Source: Macrostomum hystrix
Lineage: Eukaryota; Animalia; Platyhelminthes
DNA length: 64,000 bases
NCBI GenBank assembly: GCA_950097015.1
Contig: CATNEN010000001.1
Coordinates: 22,258,001-22,322,000, forward strand
Direction: 5' to 3'
In this document: positions 11,160-23,500 of the stretch, one piece after another
Numbering within the stretch: the stretch's first letter is position 1
How the letters are laid out: every line of letters begins with the position of its first letter
Translations under genes and position numbers: made by a program
Notes under the pieces: model-generated
The model's database searches: none
Seen by the model: only the letters and a program-made list of their open reading frames with translations
Told to the model about the DNA's origin: nothing

Positions 11160-12510
11160 CTGAATTTCAGTAGATTGATATTTCAGTAGATTGGGATTTC
11201 AGTAGATTGGGATTTCAGTAGATTGGGATTTCAGTAGATTGGGATTTCAGTAGATTGTGATTTCAGTATATTGTGATTTCAGTAGATTGGGATTTCAGTA
11301 GATTGTGATTTCAGTAGATTGTGATTTCAGTAGATTGGGATTTCAGTAGATTGTGATTTCAGTAGATTGTGATTTCAGTAGATTGGGATTTCAGTAGATT
11401 GATATTTCAGTAGATTGGGATTTCAGTAGATTGTGATTTCAGTAGATTGTGATTTCAGTAGATTGTGATTTCAGTAGATTGGGATTTCAGTAGATTGGGA
11501 TTTCAGTAGATTGTGATTTCAGTAGATTGTGATTTCAGTAGATTGGTATTTCAGTAGATTGGGATTTCAGTAGATTGTGATTTCAGTAGATTGTGATTTC
11601 AGTAGATTGGGATTTCAGTAGATTGTGATTTCAGTAGATTGGGATTTCAGTAGATTGGGATTTCAGTAGATTGGGATTTCAGTAGATTGTGATTTCAGTA
11701 GATTGTGATTTCAGTAGATTGGGATTTCAGTAGATTGTGATTTCAGTAGATTGTGATTTCAGTAGATTGATATTTCAGTAGATTGGGATTTCAGTAGATT
11801 GTGATTTCAGTAGATTGTGATTTCAGTAGATTGGGATTTCAGTAGATTGTGATTTCAGTAGATTGTGATTTCAGTAGATTGATATTTCAGTAGATTGGGA
11901 TTTCAGTAGATTGTGATTTCAGTAGATTGTGATTTCAGTAGATTGGGATTTCAGTAGATTGGGATTTCAGTAGATTGGGATTTCAGTAGATTGGGATTTC
12001 AGTAGATTGGGATTTCGGTAGATTGTGATTTCAGTAGATTGGGATTTCAGTAGATTGGGATTTCAGTAGATTGGGATTTCAGTAGATTGGGATTTCAGTA
12101 GATTGGGATTTCAGTAGATTGGGATTTCAGTAGATTGGGATTTCAGTGGATTGATATTTCAGTTGATTGGGATTTCAGTAGATTGGGATTTCAGTAGATT
12201 GGGATTTCGGTAGATTGTGATTTCAGTAGATTGGAATTTCAGTAGATTGGGATTTCAGTAGATTGGAATTTCAGTAGATTGGGATTTCGGTAGATTGTGA
12301 TTTCAGTAGATTGGAATTTCAGTAGATTGGGATTTCAGTAGATTGGGATTTCGGTAGATTGTGATTTCAGTAGATTGGAATTTCAGTAGATTGGGATTTC
12401 AGTAGATTGGGATTTCAGTAGATTGGGATTTCAGTAGATTGATATTTCAGTAGATTGGGATTTCAGTAGATTGATATTTCAGTAGATTGGGATTTCAGTA
12501 AATTGGGATG
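11160..12510 (+). repeat. 16-bp minisatellite TTTCAGTAGATTG(G/T)GA
   Basis: About 84 tandem units with interspersed variants. Confidence 0.97.
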
Positions 12511-13215
12511 TTGCAGATTGGTGATTTTGTCATACTGGGATTCGAAAAGATGGCTGCTTTTTGTGCGAGTCCTTGCAATTGAGTTATTTCTATTTTCTAT
12601 TTCTACCATCACGCATTTTTTGTTTTGAATTTGCAGATTGTCAGATAATCTTCGGTGCGCAATTACTTAGTGGCTTCCTTATTTGGCTGGCTCTGACAGG
12701 TGGGTCTAGCCAGAGAATTTCCTGAGGGACATTGTGCTAGGGCTAGATAAGTATCAACATTCAATAGACCCTTGCGTGTCGTGAACAATTTCCTGTCGCT
12801 TTTATTCTGTCAATTTTATTCTCAGCGAATTTAAGTCTAGACATCCATCGGTCTACTTTGGATGGTCGCATCAATGCATGCACTTGCTACTTGAGCTGGA
12901 CCTGAATACAAGGTATATGAGACTGCTCAAATCGCATACTTAATCCATTGTAAGAGAATTAATTGCGCAGCCAAAGAAAACAGAAAGAAAGAAAATAGAA
13001 CGATAGACAAGACAAGACTAAAGAGGTTTTCAATTTGGTACGCGTTGATGGTTTGTGTCTCTGTCATGCTAGCGACAGTTTTTCGTTAATAAACTCGAAA
13101 ACCAGAGAAAAAACTGGATCCTTAAATGGTACTCTTATATCTGCGGTCATGTTATAGAGAAAATAGTTGACGGTGTGCAAGTAGACAGAATCGTACAGTT
13201 GTGCCAATCCTATAG

Positions 13216-13503
13216 GGGGTCGGTGGCAGTTTGCCTCTCGCACCAAGGTCCCTAAGTTCGATTCCACGACGAGGCCACATTTATTTGGGGCGCAGCCGCG
13301 GAGAGAAGGCTTGGGGGCTTGTCGTGCAATTCACGCCCTTGAGGGCCAACCTCCAAGGCACAGTGAAGTCTACACTGTCTGACCATGAGAAAGTCAGGAG
13401 TCAGTGAAATGGGCAGAATTGCCTCACCGCTGGCTGCGGGTCTAGTTTCACTAAATGATGTGCCTTTGCCCGCAGCCCTCCTGCAATTATTATTATTATT
13501 ATT
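13216..13503 (+). mobile_element. SINE family 1 with internal deletions
   Basis: Head, body and ATT tail present. Confidence 0.9.
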
Positions 13504-13559
13504 TTTCTGCAAGTAGTATCAGTGTATTCAGTAGTAGTTGTTTTCCACTTGTTGTTTAT

Positions 13560-14408
13560 TTAGTCAACATAGCGCAGAGACATGGTCTGTTTGTCTCGGT
13601 CGGCTAGTTTTTTTGCCATCAGCTGCTGCTGCTGCTGCCGCTGCTTCATGAGCTTCTGCTTCTCCGTCTTCTCCAAAAGCAGTCGCAGAGCGTCGGTCAG
13701 CTCGGACAGTGTGTTGCCGATCTCTTCCGCCTGGGCCTCCAGTCGGTTGAGGCGGATGTTGGCCCAGCTGCACTGGGCGTTCTGGTCCAGCAGGCTGTTG
13801 CAGGTCGAGTCCCAGTCTGCGATGGCTTTGCGCATCGGCGATAAGCGGCCTGACATGCTAGCCAGGTGGGCTTCGTAGCGTCTGAACCGCCTCTGTTGGC
13901 GATGCAGGTCAATGAGCTCCTGCTGCAGCTGGCTGTCCAGCTCATGGCGCTGCTGCTCGCGTTGAAAGCGACGGCTCAGCGATAGTTCAGCGGCCGAGCT
14001 TTCCGAGTTCCGAGTTCCGAGTTCCGCGTCGATGCTGTAGTTGCGCAGCGTTGGCTCCTGCCAGGCTGGCCGCGGCTGCTGTTGCTGTTGTTTATTCTGC
14101 GGCCTCTGCTGCTGGTTCTTGACTTGCTTCCAAGGCTGAGCAAGTCTTTGTTCTGCTTTCGGGAGCTGCTTTGGAGGTTGTTTCTTTTGTTGCTCCTTTT
14201 CAGTTTTTTGTGGCAATTTCTGAGGCTGCTGGTGCTGCTTTTGTGGCTTTGGTTTCTTCGGAAATATTGCGGCCTTCGTCTGCTGCTGAAGCTGTGGCTG
14301 CACCATCGGTTTGGCCTGAAATCGTTCCGCATCATCAGAGGAGCAACTTGCAGTTGAATCCGACGACGCCAAGCTGGTTCGATAAACTGGCAACTGTCGC
14401 TTCGCCAT
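13560..14408 (-). CDS. Single-exon Q/K/P-rich coiled-coil protein (~282 aa)
   Basis: Long ORF from the ATG at 14408 with a heptad-rich C-terminal half. Confidence 0.7.
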   Translation of the reverse strand: MAKRQLPVYRTSLASSDSTASCSSDDAERFQAKPMVQPQLQQQTKAAIFPKKPKPQKQHQQPQKLPQKTEKEQQKKQPPKQLPKAEQRLAQPWKQVKNQQQRPQNKQQQQQPRPAWQEPTLRNYSIDAELGTRNSESSAAELSLSRRFQREQQRHELDSQLQQELIDLHRQQRRFRRYEAHLASMSGRLSPMRKAIADWDSTCNSLLDQNAQCSWANIRLNRLEAQAEEIGNTLSELTDALRLLLEKTEKQKLMKQRQQQQQLMAKKLADRDKQTMSLRYVD

Positions 14409-15175
14409 TGGGGATAATGAGAGACCTGACTGGATGATGATTCTCAATATTTCGTGATATCATTTTTAGAAAAAAAATTTTAATAACTTGTTATACGATG
14501 GGATGAGAATCGGAAGTGAAACTGTCATTACCGATGCGTTACAGGGGCAGGGATGAAATTCTGCCTGTTGAAGATGCGCGCCGCAATACCTCAGGCATCA
14601 TGCCTCAGCGATTAGGTGGGAACTGACAGCTGTGAAATAGACTTTTGCTTCACGGGCCTCATGAGGAATTCGACACCTGCTGCTGTTGCTGCTTCTGCTG
14701 CTGCTGCTGCATGGAAGCGGATAAGCTATAGAAACTAGGAAGGAATCCCCTTCACCCCATTGTCTCCATAGGCTTTCTTTCTCCCTCTCCACTGGTGGAT
14801 TAATCGCGCATGAAAAATTGCAGGCTTTCATATAATTCGCATTTTTTAGCTAAAATGATTATTTATCATCCACAATGGGGGAGCTCTAAGCTGCCATGTG
14901 TGGAGACGTTTGCAGTGAACTGGGAAAATGTGGAATCATCAAATCCCATTCTTGATAGCATTGTCGGCAAAGCACTGTACGAGCGTAGAATGGAATCGGC
15001 CAGAATCGTACAGTCTAGGAGGCATCCGCATTGTCAAAGTGATCAGATAAAGGCATTAGAGATAAAAATCGCAGGCGTCGCGAGTGGGCTTGAGTAATCC
15101 AGACAATAGTTTTGGAGTGTTTCATAGGAACTAAGGCGATTAAAATCCCGATTTGAGCAACTGCAGACGGTCCTG

Positions 15176-15571
15176 ATGGCGTCCGAGTCCGTTAAGCTAC
15201 CCCCAGCAGACGCATCCGACAGTCTGGTTAGCAACAAGGCCGTGTCGTCCGGCACGGCTTCCTCTTCATCGTCTCGGTCCGGCTCCAAGCCAGCTCAAAG
15301 CCTGTCTGAGCTCTCAGAGAAACTGTCAGCCGCCAACGCGAAGATTGAATACCAGGGCCAGCTGCTGAACTCCATGCACGCCAGGATCTGCGTTATCGAG
15401 AGGGAGATGAAGCGCCTCATCGACGAGAACGACTACTTGGTGTACTGCGTCCAGGACCCGGACTTTCCCCAGCGACAGCGTTCGCGCGAGATGGTGCAAC
15501 AGCTGCGCCAGATTAACGAGGCCCGCAAAGGCCAGAGCGGCGTCATTCAGCCGGCTGCTAGGCCGAGCTAA
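15176..15571 (+). CDS. 131-aa small coiled-coil protein, divergent from the 13560-14408 gene
   Basis: GC-rich ORF with coding-like codon usage, followed by an AT-rich 3' region. Confidence 0.6.
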   Translation: MASESVKLPPADASDSLVSNKAVSSGTASSSSSRSGSKPAQSLSELSEKLSAANAKIEYQGQLLNSMHARICVIEREMKRLIDENDYLVYCVQDPDFPQRQRSREMVQQLRQINEARKGQSGVIQPAARPS

Positions 15572-16372
15572 GCCAAGTCGGACTTCTCGGACTTCTCACC
15601 CGAAAGGTCGCGAGTTCGTCTCTCACCCAAGGGAGACAATTTGTGTTCTTGAGCAAAATACAGAAATTCCTTTTGCCAGCGATATTCACATTCAAGAAAT
15701 TCTTTATACTTCTTTATACTTCGGTTTAATTTTGTTAAACTCTTGTCAGCGAATTAATTTCTCCGGGTTTTCCAGTTTCTGTAAAGCTGCATTGAATCAT
15801 AGTAAAAACAAAACTAAAAAAAATTTTGTTCGCTGCCAATCTGCTCAGCACTTGCAAATAATTTTCTTGTATGAACATTTAATATCTATTTTTAATATCA
15901 AGGTTGCTTAATATCAATTGTTTGCAAAGTTAACAATTATGCATTCTTTGAATTGAAGCAGATAAACAAACAATTAATGAGAATTTTCTTAAAATAGAGC
16001 ACAGCAAATAGTTTTGACACAGTCAAGAACGATACCATTTGTAATGCACTTTAACCTGCAATATCAGCAGTAAGCAACAGTTCCGTAAGCATGAAAAATT
16101 AACAAATAAAAAATTCACTGTGTAATATTATTCAGCATTTTTACCGAGAGAAGAACATAAAAAACTTTTATTAATGTTCCAGGAATAGTGTCAATAGAAG
16201 AGTCTATACACAGCTTAAGCTCCTTCTATACAGTGTACAATCAAGTCTAGTTCAGGGAAGCAAAAATGGTAAATGCTGCGAGTAAAACCTTTTAGTTTGT
16301 TTCAACGCAAACATCTTATATTATTTAGTCTCATCGGAAAGTTCCATTGTAATTGCGAAAATATTTAATTAA

Positions 16373-18800
16373 TCAGCTCTTCACCGACTGCTTCAGCAGT
16401 CGACGCTTCTTCAGATTGATGGACTCCATCAAGGAGGGCGCCAGCTTCACGCTGCGCGGCCTTTCGTAGAAAGTGTCGACAGTCTCCGGACTGGTCTTGA
16501 GACTCTGGACACTCTCCAGGTGGCTGAGGTGCTGCCTCACACCGCGAAGCTCGTTGCTCATCTCCTGGACCTTCTTGGTGTAGCCCTCCAGGTCGCTCTT
16601 CATGTTGGCAAAGTTGCTGTCCTGCGCCTGGCACTGGTCCTCGGCAGATTTCTTCTCGGTCGTCTTGGTCTGGATCTCCGACTTCAGGTTGCTGATCTCC
16701 TGCTCCACCTTGCGCAGGAACTCCTCCAGCTCTTGGATTTGGGCCATCAGCCGCTGGCGCTTCAGCTGGGAAGGGAAGCGTTCGTTTTTGTTAGAATAGT
16801 TTCGATCGAAAATGGACCTAAATACGAACTCAAACGCAGGTACGTGAGTGCAGTCACCATGGCCCTCTCTGGGCCAGCCTAACTCGACCCAAACCCGGAT
16901 CTCTCCGACGTTTTCAGACCTGTTGAGAATATCTGCCAGCTCGTTCGAAACCTGATAGCTACCGGACGAACACATCTCCACCTCCTGTGGAGGGCCGCAC
17001 CCCGTGGAAGTCGTCGTTTTACTTAAGTCATGAGAATACAAACAAAACTCAACTCATAGCAGAGAGTGTGTGCGTGTGTGTGTCTGTGTCTGTGTGTTTG
17101 TTTATGAGTTAATAACAATAATATTGATAGCAGGAGGGCTGCAGGCAATGATACATCATTTGGTGACAATAGAGCTGCAGCCAGCGAGGAGGCAGTTCAG
17201 GCACATGCTCACACAGGTGTGTACATCTGCACTGACTTTCTCATCGCCAGGTAGTGTACACTTGACTGTGCCTTGGAGGTTGACCCTCAACGGCGTAAAT
17301 TGCACGACAAGCCCCCAAGCCTTCACTCCGCGGCTGCGCCCCAATTTAACGTGGCCTCACCGCGGAATCGAGCTCAGGGACCTTGGTGCGAGAGGCAGCC
17401 GCGTTAACCGCTCCGCCACTCACCATCCTTGTTTAGGGCTATGCGGAGTAGTCAGATTTGCCATCGACGTTTCCAAAAGATTCTAAAAATATCTTTCGAA
17501 AAATTCAAAAAACTTTTTTCTGGCCTTGAGTAAAATCGTTAGCTAATTAGCAGCAAACTCAGCTCACCTGTAGAGCGTAGTTCATTTTAGTTTGCGAGAT
17601 GCTCAAGTCGAGAAAGTCGGCCATCTCCTTCTTCTGCTTCTTCTCGTCCATCTTGATGCGGCGCTCCCTGGCCGACTGCTCAATGTGCTCCTCCAGACTT
17701 CTCAACTCCTGCGTGATCTCTCGCAGGCGCTTCTTGCTGTTCTGGCACATCAGGAAGGCGGACTTGACCGACTTCAGCAGCAGCCGGTGCTTCTCTCGCT
17801 CCGCGCGCAGCTGCTGCTCCATGTCTCGAGTTTCGCTGCGTTTATCCCTCAGCTCGCGCGACACCTCGAACAGGTAGGTCTCGTCCTTGTCCAGCCACTG
17901 GTACGCGATGCGTGCCATGGCCTCCAGCTTCACGGTCAGGTCCGGCACGACGCACAGGATCGGATAGAAATCATCGTTGCAGTTGAGCAGAACTCGGTCA
18001 GCATGCGACGCCTTGCCCAGTAGCTCCATGCGTATGTGCGTTCCCGCGCTATGGCACAGCAGGCGAACCTTCGTGCGTACGGACTCTAGCTCCTTGGCGT
18101 AGCCAGCAGCCTCGGCCTCGTAGGTTCGCGTCAACTGCGACTTGGCCGTCTCTAGCGAGCCACCAGATGCGATCAGGCAGCCTGTGCGCAGCTTCGACAG
18201 AACCCGACGCTCATAGTCATCAGCGATAGTCTGCAGCTGCTCCAGGGCTAGCTTGAATGACTCCCAGAACTGCAGCAGCAGCTGGGTGTCCTCTGGATTG
18301 GCCGACAGTCGAATCTCTTTGAGCTTGTTCACCAGGGTCGCTATGGGCGCTTGTCCATCGACAATGATAGTCTGATAGCCCGCCCGGTCAAGGCAGGCGT
18401 TGCACGCCTCGAACGCCTTGTTGACTTCAATGTTGAATGCGTTGAAAAGTTGTTCGTCCTTTTCCGATGTGCCGTAGAACTCGTTCAAGCTCTGAGCCAG
18501 CCGGTTCTCGCAGTCGTTCACAATTGACCGAAGGTTGTCTAGGCCAGCTAGATAGTCTTTGAACATGCCGCTGGAACGGGCTACCTCCAGGGCGGTTCGT
18601 GGTCTTTGTATGCCACTCTGGTTCTTGGTTTGCTGCTGCTGCTGTTCCTGCTGATGGCTATCATCGTCAGTCTCCGTTGCTTCTCTGTCGGGTGGAGTGG
18701 CTGTTCTTTCTATATTTCTCTTCATATTTTCAATCGAATTTCCCTTTGCTAGTCTGGAGGCGGGTGAATTATCAGCTTTGCCTACTGGTTTTCGAAGCAT
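16373..18800 (-). CDS. Two-exon (17568-18800, 16373-16765) ~541-aa long coiled-coil protein; candidate ciliary protein
   Basis: CAG|GTGAGC donor and CAG|CTG acceptor join the ORFs in frame; extensive heptads; X-box upstream. Confidence 0.8.
17110..17423 (-). mobile_element. SINE family 1, intronic
   Basis: Matches the family consensus. Confidence 0.9.
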
Positions 18801-19112
18801 AAGAGCACTAATTTTACGACCTACGCGTCATATATGCTCTCGCTGGGCCAGGCTTTTGCTGTGCGCTGGCAGAAGAGGAAAGAAAGTTAAAGAAAAGACT
18901 ATGAAAAAAGAGCAATTTTGAATTCGAAGCGGGGTTTCTGTGCAGAGGGCAGTGAGAGAATCAGGCGAGGAGTTTTGGCTGTCTCTTTCAGCTTGAAAAG
19001 GCCAGTGAGTGCCAACTGAATTGAAGTCTGTCTCGCACAGACTGAGCAGCAAGCCATGCACTCATTGAGTGCGAGTGTGTGCCCTGTGCGCGCGACTGCC
19101 TCACCCTGCGCT

Positions 19113-19126
19113 GTTGCCATGGCAAC
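19113..19126. promoter_or_regulatory. RFX X-box GTTGCCATGGCAAC
   Basis: Perfect 14-bp palindromic X-box consensus ~310 bp upstream of the ATG at 18800. Confidence 0.7.
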
Positions 19127-19769
19127 ACCCAATGCACACACAGAACGGCTCCCCAGCTGAAGTTCTGCTGTCCTATACGATTTCCTGGCAAGTGGGTTCA
19201 TTGCAGTTGCTTTTAAACCCGGCCCAGAAAGTCTTAGAAAGTATTGTCAAAAAGTAAATATATAAAGACATTGCTCAACTGCTTCTTAGAAAAAAGCAAA
19301 TATGGCAGCGGGGTTGCTTTTATGATAACTTTGAGATCAGATGGACAGGTTAATGAAATACCACGTAGAATTTTTATTTGCTAACTGAAATATTAAAAAG
19401 TGCCAATATATTTAAAACGTTTCAAGGATTCTAGCTACTTTGTGTGACAGCTGAAAGCAGGAAGCTTCATTGAAAGTCGCACTCAATACAGGCTCAGGTT
19501 GGTTAGAGTATAGTGCGTTGCTCCTTCCATTGTTCGCTTTGGTATACTCCTGAATTACTGCTGTCAGTTCACACAAATCTTTAACTTTAAATAGTACTTT
19601 TAAAAGCAATTGAGAGCAATCATTTCGCTTTCCTGTGGATAAATATGGGCCAGGTAAGTTTGGAAATGAATAAGAATTAAAGATTAACTGATCCAGGATT
19701 AAAAGACTGCAGTATTGGGGACCAAGGACATTAGGATTTAGGACTAATACAGATGGCGGATTACGAACT

Positions 19770-20100
19770 TCAGGATCGAGGATCAAGGGCTTCAGGATCG
19801 ATGATCAAGGGCTTCAGGATCGATGATCAAGGACTTCAGGATCGATGATCCAGGACTTCAGAATCGAGGATCAAGGGCTTCAGGGTCGAGGATAAGGGAC
19901 GTCAGGATCGAGGATCAAGGGCTTCAGGATCGATGATCAAGGGCTTCAGGATCGATGATCAAGGACTTCAGGATCGAGGATGAATGACTTCAGGATCGAG
20001 GATCAAGGACTTCAGGATCGAGGATGAATGACTTCAGGATTGAGGATTGAGGGCTTCAGAATCGGGAATCTAGGTTTAATCACTTCAGGATTAAGGATTG
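19770..20100 (+). repeat. 22-bp minisatellite CTTCAGGATCGA(G/T)GATCAAGG(G/A)
   Basis: Tandem units that degenerate at both edges. Confidence 0.9.
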
Positions 20101-20565
20101 AGAACTGAACGGGCTCAAATGTAGACTGATTAAAGTGCTGAAAAGCGAAGTCCAGAGACCTCGGTTCTTTTGAAAAAATTTGTTTTTCATAAATTTACTT
20201 TTTCATCTGCAGTTCTTGCCGCTTTTGTTTGGCAGGATCGGCATGCAAAGAAAGCGCAGAAACCAGAAGATCATCGCTTAAATAACATTATAAAAGGCTT
20301 ACACACTTCTTTGCGAACGCTGGGGGTTTTCACAATCTGTAGCAATAAACCGAGAATTTTTTTTATGCTTTTAGGATTTTTCTCTTTACTTTAAGTAGCA
20401 CAGAAGCGTATGGGTGTAAAGTGATAATTCATAGAAACACAATTCTGCCAGCAATATCTACTTATCTTATACACTTATGAGTGTTTTAATATTTTACAAA
20501 AGACAGCATGGAGACAGTGGAAGAGAAGACAGATTTTCGAAAGAGCAACTCAGTTCGGATCGCTC

Positions 20566-23500
20566 CTACAGCCGCGTCCTCGGACATGGGGGCGGGTTGA
20601 GCGGTCCGAATACGTTTGTCTCGTACAGGCAGGACAGAGTCGTCACAACCAGGTAGACAATCAGGCAGGTGACGCCAAGCCGGAAATTTAATTGCATTTT
20701 GTTATAATACACTATCACGAATAGGAAGACAATGGTGGAGAACAGGGTGATGGACGAGTACGTCAGTCCGGAGGAGTTGATGATCACGGAGCTGCCGGGA
20801 TAAATGATCACTGTGCTGATGAACCAGGGCAGGCCGAGGCAGATCAGGATGTTGAACACATTGCTGCCGATGCTGTTGGACACGGCCATATCGCCCAGAC
20901 CTGGGGATGCGCGTGAGCTTAGAAACTCAGAACTTAAAGCAGTAGCTATTTACCTGTTCGTAAGACTATTAGCAGGGGCTTGTGAGCTCTGCTGTGCCAC
21001 TCCGAGTCAGTCGACCCCGCAGCCATTCTGCTGACCAGTGAGCACACATACACGCGGACGGTGAGCAGGCACACTCTCACAAAGGTGTGTACATATGCAC
21101 TCACTTTCTCATCCTCAGGCAGTGTGCAAGCTCTGACTGTGCCAGCTTGTGGGGGTTGGCCCTCAACGTCGTAAATTGCACGACAAGCCCTTAGCCTTCT
21201 CTCCCGCGGCGCGCCCTCTATAAATGTGGCCACGCCGCGGAATCGAACTCAGGACCTTGGTGCGAGAGATAAACGCTTAAACCGCTCTGCCACAGACCCC
21301 CCAAAAGCCCACCAAGCAACTCACCGCCCTTGGAGACAAACACGGCAGCCATGCAGTCTGGTACGGAGGTGCCGGCAGCCAGCAGTGTCAGTCCCATGAC
21401 TGTGTCCGGGATGCCCAGCGCATCGCCGGCTGCGCACACCATCCAAACCATGAGGTAGCTCATGCCAGAGATCCAGACCACGCTCGATATGAGCGTCAGG
21501 GGGAACAGGCGCTTCCAGATGCCCGGCTTGCGGCAGTCGGGAATGGTCAGGTAGAAGCCTGTGGACCACGGCAGCATGCAGAGCCAGATGGCGCGGCGCA
21601 GAAGGCCCAGCGGCATCAGGAATGGCGAATCGGGTCCGGTGTCAGCAGGGACTGGAGTGTGGGGCGCATTGGTTGGTATACAGTCTATGGCAGGGGTCGG
21701 CAAACTTAATAGCTAGCGGGCCGCATTGACTGCATAAATAGGAAACACGGGAGAGATGAGACACGGGAGAGATGAGACACGGGAGAGATGAGACACGGGA
21801 GAGATGAGACACGGGAGAGATGAGACACGGGAGAGATGAGACACGGGAGAGATGAGACACGGGAGAGATGAGACACGGGAGAGATGAGACACGGGAGAGA
21901 TGAGACACGGGAGAGATGAGACACGGGAGAGATGAGACACGGGAGAGATGAGACACGGGAGAGATGAGACACGGGAGAGATGAGACACGGGAGAGATGAG
22001 ACACGGGAGAGATGAGACACGGGAGAGATGAGACACGGGAGAGATGAGACACGGGAGAGATGAGACACGGGAGAGATGAGACACGGGAGAGATGAGACAC
22101 GGGAGAGATGAGACACGGGAGAGATGAGACACGGGAGAGATGAGACACGGGAGAGATGAGACACGGGAGAGATGAGACACGGGAGAGATGAGACACGGGA
22201 GAGATGAGACACGGGAGAGATGAGACACGGGAGAGATGAGACACGGGAGAGATGAGACACGGGAGAGATGAGACACGGGAGAGATGAGACACGGGAGAGA
22301 TGAGACATGGGAGAGATGAGACACGGGAGAGATGAGACACGGGAGAGATAGCACCAAGCACCAAGTGAAGTGAAGCAATTTGAAATTGAGCGTCTGGCTC
22401 GACAAGGTAACTTTTAAAAAGTCTCATCTAAAATTCGAACATCCGACCGCTCGACATCCCGTAGTCGGAAGCTCTAAAATGGAGCTCTAACATCTTCCTC
22501 TCGGCTTTAGCCCATATAAGCTTTTAACCTGCATGCCCTGAGACACCAACAGGGGTTGAACTCTATGCATCGCACATTTTTCTCAGGTACAGAATCCTGA
22601 GTACAATTTTGAGAACGGACATCGGTGAGAATCATTCAGGCTTTTTTGTTTTTCTGTCAAAGTTATTGGGGTGTATCGATAGGTCTGATAATAAAAAAGT
22701 GTGAAAAAATGTTTAATTAAAACAATTAATTACACCTGCCCCAAGTGGGCCAGATGTGCAGCCGACAGCACAGCCGCGTCTATCAGTTATGTCACTGTCA
22801 ACTTTACCTGTTACTGTCACCTCAGGCACATCAGTAGCATCGTATCCCCTCTGCGAGCTCCCAGAGTTGCTCAGCAGCACAGCTCGTTCATCGTCGAGGA
22901 CGTCAGTTTTCACGTACAGCTTGTATGACGCCCCGGTTCCCAGGCTCGGGTACCGGCTGGAGATGGCTCTGTCCAGACGGTCGTTGAAGAACATCATCAC
23001 AATGTAGAGGATGTACAGGCTAACCAGGATGGTGGACTCAAACCTGGGAGATGAGGCATGGAGGACGGAGTGAGTGTCGACTCTCTCAACGAGGTTAGTG
23101 AGATTGTACACAGACTGACGATGAGAAAGTCAAGTCAGATGTACACACCTCTTCAGAATGTTACTCTGTATTAAGCCAGGAACTAAGTATGTGATCTAGT
23201 AACTGTGATGGTCTAATAATCACATTCTGCCCCAAAACCATTCACTTGTTTGCGTCATTGTTTTTTGCAAATCGTTTTTTAAGGTTTGATGTTTATCGGG
23301 TCATTGGTGTGACGTTTCGTTTCCTTTTCTAAGAAAACTCGAGATGCTAGCCAGCACAGCACAGGTCGATGAGCAGCGGCATCAAGAAGTATCAAAGAAA
23401 TCTCAAGCTAGACGGCCCAGACTCACCAAGACACCCAGCCGTCGTTGATAACCACAATGAGTGCAATAACGCTGAGGCAGTAGAAGCTGCAATCTCTGAA

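Noticed and set aside
10025-12510. CRISPR-like appearance of regular repeats
   Set aside because: Units are head-to-tail with no unique spacers, there are no cas genes, and the context is eukaryotic.
17592-18023. Antisense ORFs overlapping GC-rich exons (also 8245, 16520, 35422)
   Set aside because: Shadow frames expected from GC3-rich coding sequence on the opposite strand.
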